Shown: piece by piece, positions 28,728-39,384 of the stretch
Layout of the letters: the number at the start of each line of letters is the position of its first letter
How positions within the stretch are numbered: position 1 is the first letter of the stretch
The notes under the pieces: generated by a model
The model's database searches: none
The model's input: the letters and a program-made list of their open reading frames with translations, nothing else
Told to the model about the DNA's origin: nothing
Origin: Desulfomonilia bacterium
GTDB lineage: Bacteria; Desulfobacterota; Desulfomonilia; UBA1062
Assembly: GCA_050014195.1 (NCBI GenBank)
Contig: JBEKDT010000011.1
Coordinates: 32,001-96,000, forward strand
Length of the DNA stretch: 64,000 nucleotides
Direction: 5' to 3'
Position numbers and translations under genes: made by a program

Positions 28728-29195
28728 TCATCTCTTAGCATTCCAGTCCATCAACAGCTTCTTCGCCTCAGCAATCTGTTCCTTTGTCATCTTACCGGTT
28801 ACACTTCTTTTCAATTTCACCGCCTGCGTACTTCCCTGTCGTGAGGCCAGGTAAAGCCACATGTAGGCCAGGACGTAGTTCTGTGGAACACCCTTGCCGA
28901 GCCGGTACATATTCCCAAGCTGCGTCCGGGCCACTGCATTGCCCTGTTGTGCTGCCCTGCTGTACCACTCGGCTGCTTTTGTATAGTTCTGGTTTACGCC
29001 CTGCCCTGTTTCATAGAGATAGGCCACAAATACTTGTGCCTTGGCATCTCCCTGTTCGGCGGGCATAAGATTTTCACGAAATTCCGTGCTGGATGAACTA
29101 TCATCAGGAGTGTAAGCACGTAGGGGTAATGAATGGAAAACAATACAAGCACTGTGGAGGACCACAACCGATACTATGAAAATAATCCTCCTCAT
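28728..29195 (-). CDS. Sel1-repeat exported protein
   Basis: Signal peptide; AEQGDAKAQ...YETGQGV...KAAEWYSRAAQQG...LGNMYRLGKGVPQNY. Confidence 0.9.
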   Translation of the reverse strand: MRRIIFIVSVVVLHSACIVFHSLPLRAYTPDDSSSSTEFRENLMPAEQGDAKAQVFVAYLYETGQGVNQNYTKAAEWYSRAAQQGNAVARTQLGNMYRLGKGVPQNYVLAYMWLYLASRQGSTQAVKLKRSVTGKMTKEQIAEAKKLLMDWNAKR

Positions 29196-29394
29196 CCACT
29201 TACCTCACCAGGAACACCAACAGATAACATTCTTGAAATCTGAGACTCACAATACGGTCAATCCTGTAGCAAGTCAACAGGGTTGAAAGATGATAAGAAT
29301 AACTTATTCATACTACGTTTCACAATGGCTTTATGATAAGGAGTATTTAAAAAGTTGTATTGATTAAGTGTGCGAATTGAATGGGAGGTGAATA

Positions 29395-30879
29395 ATGAAA
29401 ATCTTACGCATAATCTCCATATTTACCATGTACCTGCTTCTCCAAGTCGGGATCTGCCAGGGTATGGAGATTAAAAAAGTCATTCTCTATGACGACCAGG
29501 CATTTGTATGTTTTGGCCGGGAGGTAAGCGGCCATCTCTCCATTGACGCCTCTTCTGAGATTGTGCCGGATTCTTTGATTGTGATACCCGTTGGAGGCGG
29601 TTCTGTACGGTCGGTAAGTGTTGAGCCCTTGCGGACTGTGTCTGGAAAAGTGAAAGACCTCCAGGACTCCCTTGCTAAAAAACTCTTAACCCTTGCCGTG
29701 CTAAAAAGGGATCAGGGAATGTTGGAAAAACAGATAGACATCATCTACGATGCAGCCAGTTCAAAAGGTAAGGCTACCTCTTTTGAAAAGACACGACTGG
29801 CGGATGCGTTAGGATTCATCGAGAGCCGGGTCACTGGTCTGAATAACCGCATCGTGGAACTTACCAGAAAAGAGGAGAAGCTCGAAATCGAGATCAAGGA
29901 CCTGCAGAACCAGCTGACCAAGGTGAGCCGGAACCCGGGATACCAGATAGACATAACAGGAAACGGTCAGGTTGAGATTTCCTATGTCATCAAGGCTGCA
30001 TCTTGGAGGCCCGAGTATAGAGTGTATGCATCACCCGGGGCTTCACAGCTTGTTCTTGAAACCTCCGTGATGGCCAGGCAGATAAGCGGCATGGACTGGG
30101 ACATCAAGGAAATGATCGTATCAACCGGAAGGCCGAGCTTCGGCATCCAGGCCCCTGAACTCCAACCCTGGTATCTCTACAAGACAAAAAGACGCGGGGC
30201 CAAGCTCAAGGCTGAATCCAATGATATGGCACCCTTGGCAAGTGCTGCTCCCCTGCAGGAGGAAGAGACAAAGGTGGAGACCACAGCCACCTCTTACCTC
30301 ATCGGAGCTGCGAAGAACATACATCTGCCCGGCGACGGCACCCCTGCTACGGTCAAGATTGCCAAACTCTCACTCAATGCCGATTTCTCCTTGGTAAGCA
30401 TGCCCAAATACTGTCAGTCAGCTTTTCTTCGGGCCGACTGCACACTCAAGGGGGATGCACCCCTGGCACCTGGAACATATACCTCTTTTGTGGATAATGC
30501 GTTCTCCGGAAGGGGAGAAATGAAGCGCTTTGATCCGGGACAGAAGATCTCTTTAGACCTGGGGGTGGATGAGGGCATGAAGATCGAACGGAAAGAAACC
30601 CAGGCCTTCCATGATAAAACCCTTGGCAATAAGGACAGGGTTACGTATTCCTATGAGATCACCATCGAGAATACCCGCAACCAGAAGGCCTTAGTTACTA
30701 TCAAAGACCAGATCCCTCTCTCACAAGATAAGACCATCAATGTAGACCTCATCAAGACAAACCCTGAAGTGAAACCCGATCAGGACGGCACCCTCACCTG
30801 GGCCTTTGACCTGGAGCCGCATCAAAAAAATAAGGCTGTGTTCTCATTTTCGATCATCGGCAATCACTATAGTCAATAA
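29395..30879 (+). CDS. DUF4140/DUF4139 (MuiA-like) exported protein
   Basis: Signal peptide, coiled coil, ISYVIKAASWRPEY, QISGMDW, STGRP, LGVDE, IKDQIPLS. Confidence 0.82.
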   Translation: MKILRIISIFTMYLLLQVGICQGMEIKKVILYDDQAFVCFGREVSGHLSIDASSEIVPDSLIVIPVGGGSVRSVSVEPLRTVSGKVKDLQDSLAKKLLTLAVLKRDQGMLEKQIDIIYDAASSKGKATSFEKTRLADALGFIESRVTGLNNRIVELTRKEEKLEIEIKDLQNQLTKVSRNPGYQIDITGNGQVEISYVIKAASWRPEYRVYASPGASQLVLETSVMARQISGMDWDIKEMIVSTGRPSFGIQAPELQPWYLYKTKRRGAKLKAESNDMAPLASAAPLQEEETKVETTATSYLIGAAKNIHLPGDGTPATVKIAKLSLNADFSLVSMPKYCQSAFLRADCTLKGDAPLAPGTYTSFVDNAFSGRGEMKRFDPGQKISLDLGVDEGMKIERKETQAFHDKTLGNKDRVTYSYEITIENTRNQKALVTIKDQIPLSQDKTINVDLIKTNPEVKPDQDGTLTWAFDLEPHQKNKAVFSFSIIGNHYSQ

Positions 30880-30937
30880 AGATGTAAGCAGATCTTCCCT
30901 ATAAGTATTGATCTGATAGGGTAGGAATGTTTTGAAT

Positions 30938-31014
30938 TGGTCGGGACGAGAGGATTTGAACCTCCGACCCCCTGAACCCCATTCAGGTGCGCTACCAGAC
31001 TGCGCTACGTCCCG
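30938..31014 (-). tRNA. tRNA-Pro(GGG)
   Basis: CGGGACGTAGCGCAGTCTGGTAGCGCACCTGAATGGGGTTCAGGGGGTCGGAGGTTCAAATCCTCTCGTCCCGACCA folds as a cloverleaf; anticodon GGG; CCA encoded. Confidence 0.97.
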
Positions 31015-31119
31015 AAACCGCCATACTTGCTAGCACAGCCGTATTTGGAGTGTCAAGGACAAGGCGCTTGTTTACGACCAAAACACAACAGGGGAATGGC
31101 ATATATAGAATCTATGATT

Positions 31120-32337
31120 TTAGTTTCTCAGGGCTACATTGTTAACGGACTTGGCAAAGTAGTGTCTCATGACCAATCGGGCGAGCGTATCGGCCTCTAT
31201 CCAGAAATATCTGTCACGAATGAGCAGGCATCCGATGGTGATGGCCTCACCGTTTGTACGGTTCTGCGCATATCCCGCAAACCAGTTACGACGGCCCTGT
31301 GGCTCGTCTCCGTCTATGCTACCGCTCTTGCCCCCGATGGTGAGGTCTCTCAGGACCCGGTCGGATCCGATGTGTCTGAAGGCCTTGGCGACTGTACCGC
31401 ATCGAACCGTACGCTCCATCATATAGGTGAGGTGATGGGCTGCTTCTTCGCTCATGACCTGGGTATGCTCCACGTCTTCAGACCGGATAAGACGGGGAGT
31501 AATCATATTACCGTTGTTTACAGCCGCGCTCACCATCTGTGCCGCATGCACCGGGGAAATCTTGGTCTGCCTGTTAAACCCGCAGGCAAGCTCAGCAAGG
31601 TTGTATTCGTTCTGAGGAAAGAAAATAGTGCTTGGTGTGCATTCTACCTCCTTGAGTGGAGACTTCCAGAACCCCATCTTCATAGCTGTCAGGTATATGG
31701 GTGTCTCGCCGAGGTGGAGCGTTCCGAGCTTGGCAAAGACCACATTGTTAGAGTGTGCAAATGCATCAGCCAGTGTTATGTCTGCAGTCCACCGGTCTTT
31801 CCTGTCGATAAGCTGCTTCTTGTAGAGGGTATGGGCATTACCGGTATAAGAAAAAACGCTCCCGCTGGTGTAGCCACCCTGGTCCATGGCGGCCACGACA
31901 GTAACGAGCTTGAAGATACTCGCTGCATGGTTGGTATCCAGGCAAATACTGCAATCCTGGCCGGTAGACTTCCGGCCGTACATGGCAAGGATATCCCCTG
32001 TACGGGTGTCCATGACCACGATTGCACCGTAATAGAGCTTGTATCTGATGGCGGTCTCCGAGATAAACTGCTGCAGATACCAGTTGATGGTGAGATTGTA
32101 TCTCTTGATACTGTCCTGATCGATGCGGGTTAGATCTTTCTTGCAAAGGGTTATTTTACTAAGGGCTATCTTCTTATCCCTCTCCGGGAATATCTCAGCC
32201 CCTCCCTTGATATCAGGCAAGAAGAACAGTGAGGCCATAACGAGCAGGAGCGGCAATAGAAGGTATCGAAGGCGCAGGGACCTTCGTTTTCTCCTCTTCA
32301 ACCAAGGATATTCATCCACTGGAAACTGTCTATTCAT
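31120..32337 (-). CDS. Penicillin-binding protein, transpeptidase domain only
   Basis: N-terminal TM; SxxK (ASIFK), SxN (HSNN), KSG triad. Confidence 0.88.
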   Translation of the reverse strand: MNRQFPVDEYPWLKRRKRRSLRLRYLLLPLLLVMASLFFLPDIKGGAEIFPERDKKIALSKITLCKKDLTRIDQDSIKRYNLTINWYLQQFISETAIRYKLYYGAIVVMDTRTGDILAMYGRKSTGQDCSICLDTNHAASIFKLVTVVAAMDQGGYTSGSVFSYTGNAHTLYKKQLIDRKDRWTADITLADAFAHSNNVVFAKLGTLHLGETPIYLTAMKMGFWKSPLKEVECTPSTIFFPQNEYNLAELACGFNRQTKISPVHAAQMVSAAVNNGNMITPRLIRSEDVEHTQVMSEEAAHHLTYMMERTVRCGTVAKAFRHIGSDRVLRDLTIGGKSGSIDGDEPQGRRNWFAGYAQNRTNGEAITIGCLLIRDRYFWIEADTLARLVMRHYFAKSVNNVALRN

Positions 32338-32656
32338 TATTATATCTTATATTGGCATATTGCACACAGAGGCGATATATGTCAATATTCGAGCCACCTT
32401 TCATATTAATAACATTCGGCAAAAATCACATTTTTTTAAAGCCATTATCTAGCCTATTTGAGGATAATCCCGGCTCATCATGGCTTATTGCCGATATATA
32501 CACATTATTACCACGCTCATAAGACTCTCCCTTGATAAACTTATATCCTTCTGGTAGTCTTTCGAGCTCATCGGCGTATGAATCATTTGTGAAAATAGGA
32601 GAATGCGGCTGATATTGTGGAAGATGCAATCAATGTTATAAATTCGGCACAAGGGC

Positions 32657-33739
32657 ATGTTCATGAAAAAAGAAACGGAAGATATCAGATCAGGGATCGA
32701 CGCTATTGATAATGAAATCCTGAAGCTCCTCCAGCGGCGCTCCACACTGTCGGTTGAGATGGGAAGGCTCAAACGTGCCGAGAATAAAATCATCTTTGAC
32801 CCGGCACGGGAGGAAGAGATCATTAACCGCCTCGATTCCAGGCGGGAACCTCCGCTCACCAGGCCCATTGTCGAAGGGATCTTCCGTGAGATATTCAGTG
32901 CTTCACGCTCTCTCCAGCAGCGGCAGAAGGTGGCGTATCTCGGTCCTGAAGGCAGTTTCTCCCACCAGGCGGCCTTCTCGGTGTTTTCCATTGACGGTGA
33001 CCTTATCCCATTCAAGGATATTGAGACGGTTATCCAGACGGTGGCTTCTGCAAGGGCCGATATTGGAGTTGTACCGGTAGAAAACTCGACTGAAGGCATG
33101 ATTAACCGCACACTGGACATGATGGCAACCACACGTCTATGCGTCATCCAGGAATTCATGCTCCCCATCCGAAACTGTCTGTTGGCCAACATTCCCAAAG
33201 AGAAGATAAAAAAGGTTTTCTCACATCCCCAGCCTCTGGCTCAGTGCAGGGTATGGCTCACATCAAACCTTCCTCAGGCTGAGATCATTGAAACAGCAAG
33301 CACCTCCGAAGCAGCCATGGCAGCAAGGTCCCATGAGGATGGCGCTGCGGTTGCTTCGTCCATGGCAGCAGAGATCTACGGGCTTTCCATCTTTGCTGAA
33401 AACATCAATGACTTCCGGGAGAATATTACACGGTTTTGGGTCATCTCCCGCACTGCATTACCGGTATCAGGCAGTGCAAAGACATCCATCATCGTCACCC
33501 TCGATAATCGCCCCGGAGCTTTGTACAACGCCCTAGGCGTATTCGCCCGCAAGGGGATCAACCTCACCAAGATCGAGTCGCGGCCTTCCAAAAAAAGTCC
33601 ATGGGAATATCTGTTCTTCATCGACTTCCAGGGAAACCTTATTGATGAAAACGTGAAGATGACTATTGAAGAAATCAAGGAATTCACCAGGGATGTGATC
33701 ATTCTCGGTTCATACCCTGAAGGGAGAATTCTCCCGTGA
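32657..33739 (+). CDS. pheA: Chorismate mutase / prephenate dehydratase
   Basis: IRSGIDAID, YLGPEGSFS, VPVENSTEG, TRF, KIESRP. Confidence 0.95.
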   Translation: MFMKKETEDIRSGIDAIDNEILKLLQRRSTLSVEMGRLKRAENKIIFDPAREEEIINRLDSRREPPLTRPIVEGIFREIFSASRSLQQRQKVAYLGPEGSFSHQAAFSVFSIDGDLIPFKDIETVIQTVASARADIGVVPVENSTEGMINRTLDMMATTRLCVIQEFMLPIRNCLLANIPKEKIKKVFSHPQPLAQCRVWLTSNLPQAEIIETASTSEAAMAARSHEDGAAVASSMAAEIYGLSIFAENINDFRENITRFWVISRTALPVSGSAKTSIIVTLDNRPGALYNALGVFARKGINLTKIESRPSKKSPWEYLFFIDFQGNLIDENVKMTIEEIKEFTRDVIILGSYPEGRILP

Positions 33740-34824
33740 AGACCGTGGAGCCTGTTCCGTGGGCCTTTACCATACCTGAATATATACCTGGGACATCAAA
33801 GGAAGAGATCGCCAGGCGGTACGGGGCCGCAAACCCCATCAAGCTCGCATCAAACGAAAATCCCCTGGGCCCCAGCCCAAAGGCGCTTCTGGCAGTCGGA
33901 GCGGCATTAACATCTTCCCACATCTACCCTGATCCTGACTCAAAGAACCTCCGCACTGCAGCGTCACGCTTCTTCGGCTGTAAAATCGAGGGCATCATTG
34001 CAGGGAACGGATCTGATGAGATTATCGACCTCATCTGCCGGGCCTATCTGAAACCGGGAGACGAGGTAATCATCCCTTCCTGTACTTTTAGCTATTATGG
34101 AATAGCCGCACGCGCATGCGGGGCATCAGTGGTAACATCGCCCATGAAAGAACACCGGATAGACATGGACGGCATTAAAGCCGCCATAAGCCCCAAAACC
34201 AAGGCCATATTCGTGGCAAACCCCAACAACCCTACAGGAACGTATCTGCCCAAAGATGAAGTCCTCTTCCTCATAGAGAAAGTTCCAAAAAATCTGCTGC
34301 TCATAATGGACGAAGCGTATGGCGCCTTTGTCAGGGCGGATGATTTCCTGAGCACTACATCACTGTCCCAAAAAAAATCGAACCTGATTACCCTCCATAC
34401 ACTGTCCAAATCCCATGGTCTTGCAGGTCTCAGGGTTGGGTTCGGGATTGCAACAACGGAAATTATAAGTACCATGCTTCGTATCAAGCCGCCGTTCAAT
34501 GTGAACATCCTTGCCCAAAAGGCAGGAGAAGCCGCCCTGAATGATGAGGCCTTCTTCAAGAAGACGCTTGCACATACCCGGGACAGTCTTGACATGCTCT
34601 ATGAAGCATTCGACCGGATCGGGCTTGCATATGTCCGGTCGCAGACAAACTTTGTCCTGGTGCATATCGGCAAGGGTTCAAAAAGGGTCTACGAGGACCT
34701 CCTGAAAAAAGGCATCATCACCCGTCATATAGCAAATATCGGGCTCGACGAATATATCCGAGTAAGTATCGGCCTTCCTGAGGAGAACAGCGCCTTCATT
34801 GCTGCACTCAAGGAGGCCTTATGA
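33736..34824 (+). CDS. hisC: Histidinol-phosphate / aromatic aminotransferase
   Basis: KLASNENP, GNGSDE, NPNNPTG, DEAY, TLSKSHGLAGLRVG. Confidence 0.93.
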   Translation: MKTVEPVPWAFTIPEYIPGTSKEEIARRYGAANPIKLASNENPLGPSPKALLAVGAALTSSHIYPDPDSKNLRTAASRFFGCKIEGIIAGNGSDEIIDLICRAYLKPGDEVIIPSCTFSYYGIAARACGASVVTSPMKEHRIDMDGIKAAISPKTKAIFVANPNNPTGTYLPKDEVLFLIEKVPKNLLLIMDEAYGAFVRADDFLSTTSLSQKKSNLITLHTLSKSHGLAGLRVGFGIATTEIISTMLRIKPPFNVNILAQKAGEAALNDEAFFKKTLAHTRDSLDMLYEAFDRIGLAYVRSQTNFVLVHIGKGSKRVYEDLLKKGIITRHIANIGLDEYIRVSIGLPEENSAFIAALKEAL

Positions 34825-35648
34825 AGGTAACAATCGTCGGGCTCGGGCTCATCGGCGCATCCATCGCAAAGGCCCTTCGCAGCAGCGCACACATCACAGG
34901 CATAGACATGAACAGCCGCACGGTTAAACAGGCCATCGAAGACGGGGTGATAGCAGAGGGCGGGACTGACATGGCAAAAGCCTCGGGCAGTGACGTGGTG
35001 ATCATCGCCGTGCCGGTGGGCAGTGTCGTGGATGCATCATGGAGGGTGATCAAATGTATCAAGGAGGATACAATCCTGACCGATACCGGCTCTACCAAGG
35101 CACACATCGTGGAGAGTCTTGACCGTGTATTCCCGTCATTTGTCGGCTCTCATCCCATAGCCGGGAAAGAGAACCCGGGCTATGTTCACAGCCAGGAAGA
35201 TCTGTTCAAGAACTCCATGACCATCATCACCCCTTCTGCATCCACACGCCAGGAGTGTGTTGAAAAAGTGAAGCTGCTGTGGGAGACATGCGGCTCAAAG
35301 ACGCATATCATGGACCCTGAGAAACACGACCGGCTCATGGCTATTATCAGCCACATGCCCCACCTTTTAAGCTATGTATCGATGAGCATGGCAGGCAGTC
35401 TGAACATCCACCGGCAGCTCTTGGGAGCAGGTTTCCGCGATTTCACCAGGATTGCCGCCTCAGACCCTCATATGTGGAGAGATATCTTTCTCGATAACAA
35501 AGAGAACATTCTGCCCCTCATAGATACATACATGGAAGAGCTGAAATTCATCCGATCCCTTATTGATGAAGGAAAGATCCAGGACTTGGAAAAATTATTA
35601 TCAACTTATGCACAGATCAGGAGAGGTTTATATGGCGATTCACGGTGA
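34821..35648 (+). CDS. tyrA: Prephenate dehydrogenase
   Basis: GLGLIGASIA, DTGSTK, HPIAG, HDRLMAIISHMPH, FRDFTRIAAS. Confidence 0.93.
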   Translation: MKVTIVGLGLIGASIAKALRSSAHITGIDMNSRTVKQAIEDGVIAEGGTDMAKASGSDVVIIAVPVGSVVDASWRVIKCIKEDTILTDTGSTKAHIVESLDRVFPSFVGSHPIAGKENPGYVHSQEDLFKNSMTIITPSASTRQECVEKVKLLWETCGSKTHIMDPEKHDRLMAIISHMPHLLSYVSMSMAGSLNIHRQLLGAGFRDFTRIAASDPHMWRDIFLDNKENILPLIDTYMEELKFIRSLIDEGKIQDLEKLLSTYAQIRRGLYGDSR

Positions 35649-36876
35649 GATCACACCTCCCCCGGACAAGTCCATATCTCACAGGGCCTTCATACTCGGA
35701 GCCCTGGCCAAAGGTGTGACTATTGTCAGGAATGCCCTCGAATCAGAGGACATCAAGAGCACACGATCCGCCCTTTCTACCCTGGGGGTTGATATACAAA
35801 AGCAAGGAAATATATACCGGGTACAGGGATCACAGGTTAAGGAACCGTTGCAGGTCATCGATGCCGGTAATTCAGGCACTACAGCCAGGCTCATGTGTGG
35901 TATCCTTGCAGGCCTCGACGGCACAACCACGATCACAGGGGATAGATCCTTGGTCCAGCGGCCTATGGCAAGGGTTATCAAGCCGTTGGAGCTCATGGGG
36001 GCCCGATTTATGGCGCGTAAGGGCGGATACCTGCCTATGGCCGTCAAGGGTGGCAATCTCAGGGGTATATTCCATCCCATGGAGGTTGCCTCGGCCCAGG
36101 TTAAATCTGCCATGCTTCTTGCTGGCCTGCATGCCGAAGGCCAGACCACCGTGAACGAGCCGTCACCGAGTCGCGATCACACAGAGCGTATGCTTGGGTA
36201 CTTCGGGGCGGTCTTAAGTCTAAGCTCGAAGTCCGCGACAATAATCGGCGGCCAGAAGCTCGAGGCAAGGGACATTACCGTACCGGGCGATCCCTCCTCC
36301 GCGGCTTTCCCTGTGGTATGGGCAGCTACTGCACCCGGCTCGGAGATAATAGTACACGATGTATGTCTGAACACAACAAGGACCGGCTATCTCGCTGTGC
36401 TTGAACGCATGGGTGCACAAATCGAAAGGGTGAATGTGCAAGATAAAGCTGGAGAGCCGGTGGGTGATCTAGTAGTACATGGCTCTGAGCTTATGGGAAC
36501 CACTATTGCCGGAGATGAGATCCCAACGCTTATTGACGAGATCCCCATCTTGGTAGTTGCAGCCGCCCTTGCCACAGGCACTATGGTCATAACAAATGCT
36601 AAGGAGTTGCGTGTAAAGGAGACGGACCGTATTGCCGCAATGGTGAAAGGCTTGTCACAACTCGGGGTGCAGGTCGAGGAGCTCGATGACGGCCTGATCG
36701 TCAAAGGACCTGCACGGCTGTCATCCGGGAACATCTCTACGTTCTCCGACCATAGAATCGCCATGTCATTCTACATACTATCAAAGGCCTCGGGTATTGA
36801 CATCCAGCTCGATGACAGAACGTGTGTCGATATCTCCTACCCTACATTTTTTGAGGATATGGTGAAATTGATATGA
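35632..36876 (+). CDS. aroA: EPSP synthase
   Basis: DKSISHRA, GNSGTTARL, SAQVKS, RDHTE, LRVKETDR, DHRIAM. Confidence 0.96.
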   Translation: MAIHGEITPPPDKSISHRAFILGALAKGVTIVRNALESEDIKSTRSALSTLGVDIQKQGNIYRVQGSQVKEPLQVIDAGNSGTTARLMCGILAGLDGTTTITGDRSLVQRPMARVIKPLELMGARFMARKGGYLPMAVKGGNLRGIFHPMEVASAQVKSAMLLAGLHAEGQTTVNEPSPSRDHTERMLGYFGAVLSLSSKSATIIGGQKLEARDITVPGDPSSAAFPVVWAATAPGSEIIVHDVCLNTTRTGYLAVLERMGAQIERVNVQDKAGEPVGDLVVHGSELMGTTIAGDEIPTLIDEIPILVVAAALATGTMVITNAKELRVKETDRIAAMVKGLSQLGVQVEELDDGLIVKGPARLSSGNISTFSDHRIAMSFYILSKASGIDIQLDDRTCVDISYPTFFEDMVKLI

Positions 36877-37535
36877 CATTTCATATCATCACCATGGATG
36901 GACCTGCCGGCAGCGGCAAATCCACGGTGGCTAAAGAAGTTGCCCGAAGACTCGGATATACATTCCTCGATACTGGAGCCCTGTATCGGGCCGCTGCTGT
37001 AGCCCTCGATGCGGCCGGTTGCGACATGCGTAATGAAAATGAATGCGCATCCGTACTGGCAAAGACCAGTATAAGGATCTCGGATGGGAAGACTTATGTG
37101 AACGGCCATGATGTGAGCACTGATATCAGGGCTCACCATATCAGTGAGCTGGCCTCGGCAATTGCGGTTCATCAATCCGTGCGAAAGGAATTGCTTGGTA
37201 TACAACGGTCCTTTATAGGAAGTACATCCCTGGTTGCCGAGGGAAGAGACACGGGAACCATTGTGTTTCCCGATGCAGATATCAAATTCTATCTCGATGC
37301 CACACCTGAAGAGAGGGCTAGACGCAGATACTCTGAGTTTGTCGATAAGGGTACTGATATATCAATGGGACAGGTCCTCAAAGATATTGAAAAACGGGAT
37401 CAAAGGGACAGCGCGAGAATGATTTCGCCTCTGGTCATATCAGAAGATGCAGTTGTGGTTGATACGACACACCTGAAATTAGAAGAGGTAGTAGATAAAA
37501 TCCTCTCTCTCATTAAGGAGAGGTTAACCGATTAG
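36873..37535 (+). CDS. cmk: Cytidylate kinase
   Basis: DGPAGSGKST, DTGALYR, EGRDTGTIVFP, RDQRD. Confidence 0.96.
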   Translation: MTFHIITMDGPAGSGKSTVAKEVARRLGYTFLDTGALYRAAAVALDAAGCDMRNENECASVLAKTSIRISDGKTYVNGHDVSTDIRAHHISELASAIAVHQSVRKELLGIQRSFIGSTSLVAEGRDTGTIVFPDADIKFYLDATPEERARRRYSEFVDKGTDISMGQVLKDIEKRDQRDSARMISPLVISEDAVVVDTTHLKLEEVVDKILSLIKERLTD

Positions 37536-37754
37536 GAGACGATCCTTCCTGCCGGCATCCTCTAAAGTGGCGTCTCTGCGCATCTCCAGCGCCATATGGT
37601 CAAGGATTTCTTTGGAAAAATTGATGACGTCCTTGTTGGTGAACCCATTGCGTATGAGTTCCTTATAAAGGCTCTTGGCAAGGATCTTGGTAGCCCTCGT
37701 AGTATCCATATTCTTCAAAATAATATCAAGATTGCCTTTTCTGCTCATATCCAT
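37524..37754 (-). CDS. Small hypothetical protein (76 aa)
   Basis: RBS GAGGG; amphipathic helical sequence KILAKSLYKELIRNGFTNKDVI; own sigma-54-like promoter. Confidence 0.7.
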   Translation of the reverse strand: MDMSRKGNLDIILKNMDTTRATKILAKSLYKELIRNGFTNKDVINFSKEILDHMALEMRRDATLEDAGRKDRLLIG

Positions 37755-37781
37755 CCCTCGTCTCTCTCTGCCGCCAAATAA

Positions 37782-37798
37782 TGCATCGACTATGCCAA
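37782..37798 (-). promoter_or_regulatory. Putative sigma-54 promoter of the 76-aa gene
   Basis: Minus strand TTGGCATAGTCGATGCA (GG-N10-GC), ~27 nt upstream of the ATG. Confidence 0.6.
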
Positions 37799-37949
37799 GT
37801 ACAGCAATTGTTAATTTTCAGTTAAAATATATGCGGTTGCAATTTCGATAGTGCAACGTTTCTCTTTCTTGATGTGGATATTCTGCAATAGGTGAATCAC
37901 CGTTCTTACTGCGCACATAGGCCCCAGGCCGAGCTGATAAAATTCATCA

Positions 37950-39233
37950 CTACTGATGAAAAAACACAACTCTTTGCTCAATGGCAGCTTGGGACTTGGG
38001 TTTGCGATACCTTCTGCGTCTCTTTTTCTGGAATCTCCCTATACCTTTACTGAGTGGGAATTTCACAGAAAATGCAGCGGCAAAGGCATCTTCATTGTGG
38101 TCGAACCGGCTAAGGGTAATTAGTGCGAACAGTGTAGAAGCGTCTTTATAGCTCGCCCTTTTAACCAGGGACCATCTCATCCTCCCCGTCTGCATCGCTA
38201 AGATCATCCGTTCCAGGATTTCCAGTGCATGGATCACATTCGCCCTCAAGGTCTTCGGGATGGTCACGAGCACCCTTGCGCCGGCAAACTCATCGGCGAG
38301 GAGTTTTATCTTGTCTCCATAAAGATGTCCTTTTTCTTTTATGACTTGCCGGGCCCACGGCCACAAGAGCAAACCGTAAGATACTACTTGTGATGGAGTT
38401 TCATCCCTTCTGACGAATTCATCGAGGATATCAAGCAACCTGACAACCTCTTCCCGTATCTTATAAGATTCTTCCATCATTTTTCCCAAATCACCCAATA
38501 TAGCGGAAAGTATCAAGTAAGCTGTCATTTTGCGGAAGAGTTCTCCGGCAAAGCCGGATGCAAGATCCTTGTTCAGCTCTTCATACAGCCTGGAACCGGA
38601 GCATCCTGACAGGAGCATCCGATTGTTCTCGATGGCTTTGGCTGTGGCATGCTCAATAGAAAATCCTTGACGCGAGGCGTACCTGAGAACTCTCCACATC
38701 CTTACGGGGTCCTCAGCATATCTCACGTCAGCGTCACCTATTATACAGACTCTTTTCTGTGATATGTCTTCCAGTCCGCCCACATAATCGATGATCGAGA
38801 AGGTTCTGATGTCATAGAACAAAGCATTGATGGTGATATCTCTGCGAAATGCATCTTCCATCGGCGTACCGAAGGTGTTGTTATGGTCTGTCTCACCCTC
38901 TTCGGTCGCTTCAGGCTCTCTCCTGAATGTGGCCACCTCAATGATCTTGCTACCCTTAAACCGGATATGGGCAAGGCGAAAGCGTTTGCCGATGAGGAAG
39001 CAGTTGGCGAAGAGTTTCTTTATCTGTCCGGGCCTGGCATCGGTGGCCACATCAAAGTCTTTGGGTCTTTTGCCCAGGAGGAAATCGCGGACCGCACCAC
39101 CCACCAGATATGCCTTGAAACCATTACGGGAAAGTCGGTAGAGCACCTTCAATGCATCCGGATCGATATCTTTCCGGGATATGCAGTGAGATGATCTGGG
39201 CAGGATGAACGGTTCTCTAGTTGGTCTCTTCAT
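37950..39233 (-). CDS. pcnB: Poly(A) polymerase I
   Basis: LVGGAVRD, PKDFDVAT, LIGKRFRLAHI (PAP signature), RRDITINAL, EDPVRM; basic C-tail. Confidence 0.92.
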   Translation of the reverse strand: MKRPTREPFILPRSSHCISRKDIDPDALKVLYRLSRNGFKAYLVGGAVRDFLLGKRPKDFDVATDARPGQIKKLFANCFLIGKRFRLAHIRFKGSKIIEVATFRREPEATEEGETDHNNTFGTPMEDAFRRDITINALFYDIRTFSIIDYVGGLEDISQKRVCIIGDADVRYAEDPVRMWRVLRYASRQGFSIEHATAKAIENNRMLLSGCSGSRLYEELNKDLASGFAGELFRKMTAYLILSAILGDLGKMMEESYKIREEVVRLLDILDEFVRRDETPSQVVSYGLLLWPWARQVIKEKGHLYGDKIKLLADEFAGARVLVTIPKTLRANVIHALEILERMILAMQTGRMRWSLVKRASYKDASTLFALITLSRFDHNEDAFAAAFSVKFPLSKGIGRFQKKRRRRYRKPKSQAAIEQRVVFFHQ

Positions 39234-39384
39234 TATGGTCGTCTTCGTCCGGCCTACCTTCTATGCGATACGATTCATTCGCCCAGCCGATAAGATCAAT
39301 ACCCTTACAGCCTCTGGAACAAAATGGCCTGTACGGATTACCCTCAAAGGGTACTTCCTTTTTACAACCAGGGCATTTTACCAT
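39217..39384 (-). CDS. yacG: DNA gyrase inhibitor YacG
   Basis: VKCPGC...RPFCSRGCKGIDLIGWANESYRI; alternative start at 39420. Confidence 0.9.
   Translation of the reverse strand: MVKCPGCKKEVPFEGNPYRPFCSRGCKGIDLIGWANESYRIEGRPDEDDHNEETN

Noticed and set aside
30938-31014. tRNA-Pro(GGG) as the island's integration target
   Set aside because: Its 3' end (TCCTCTCGTCCCGACCA) differs from the att core (TCCCCGCTTCCCGACCA), and core genes lie between them
31027-32133. 368-aa plus-strand ORF
   Set aside because: Antisense to the PBP gene, which has all three catalytic motifs; it has no recognisable features
32413-32438. Possible sigma-28 promoter for the PBP gene
   Set aside because: The -10 box GCCGAATG is imperfect and the spacer is 14 rather than 15 nt
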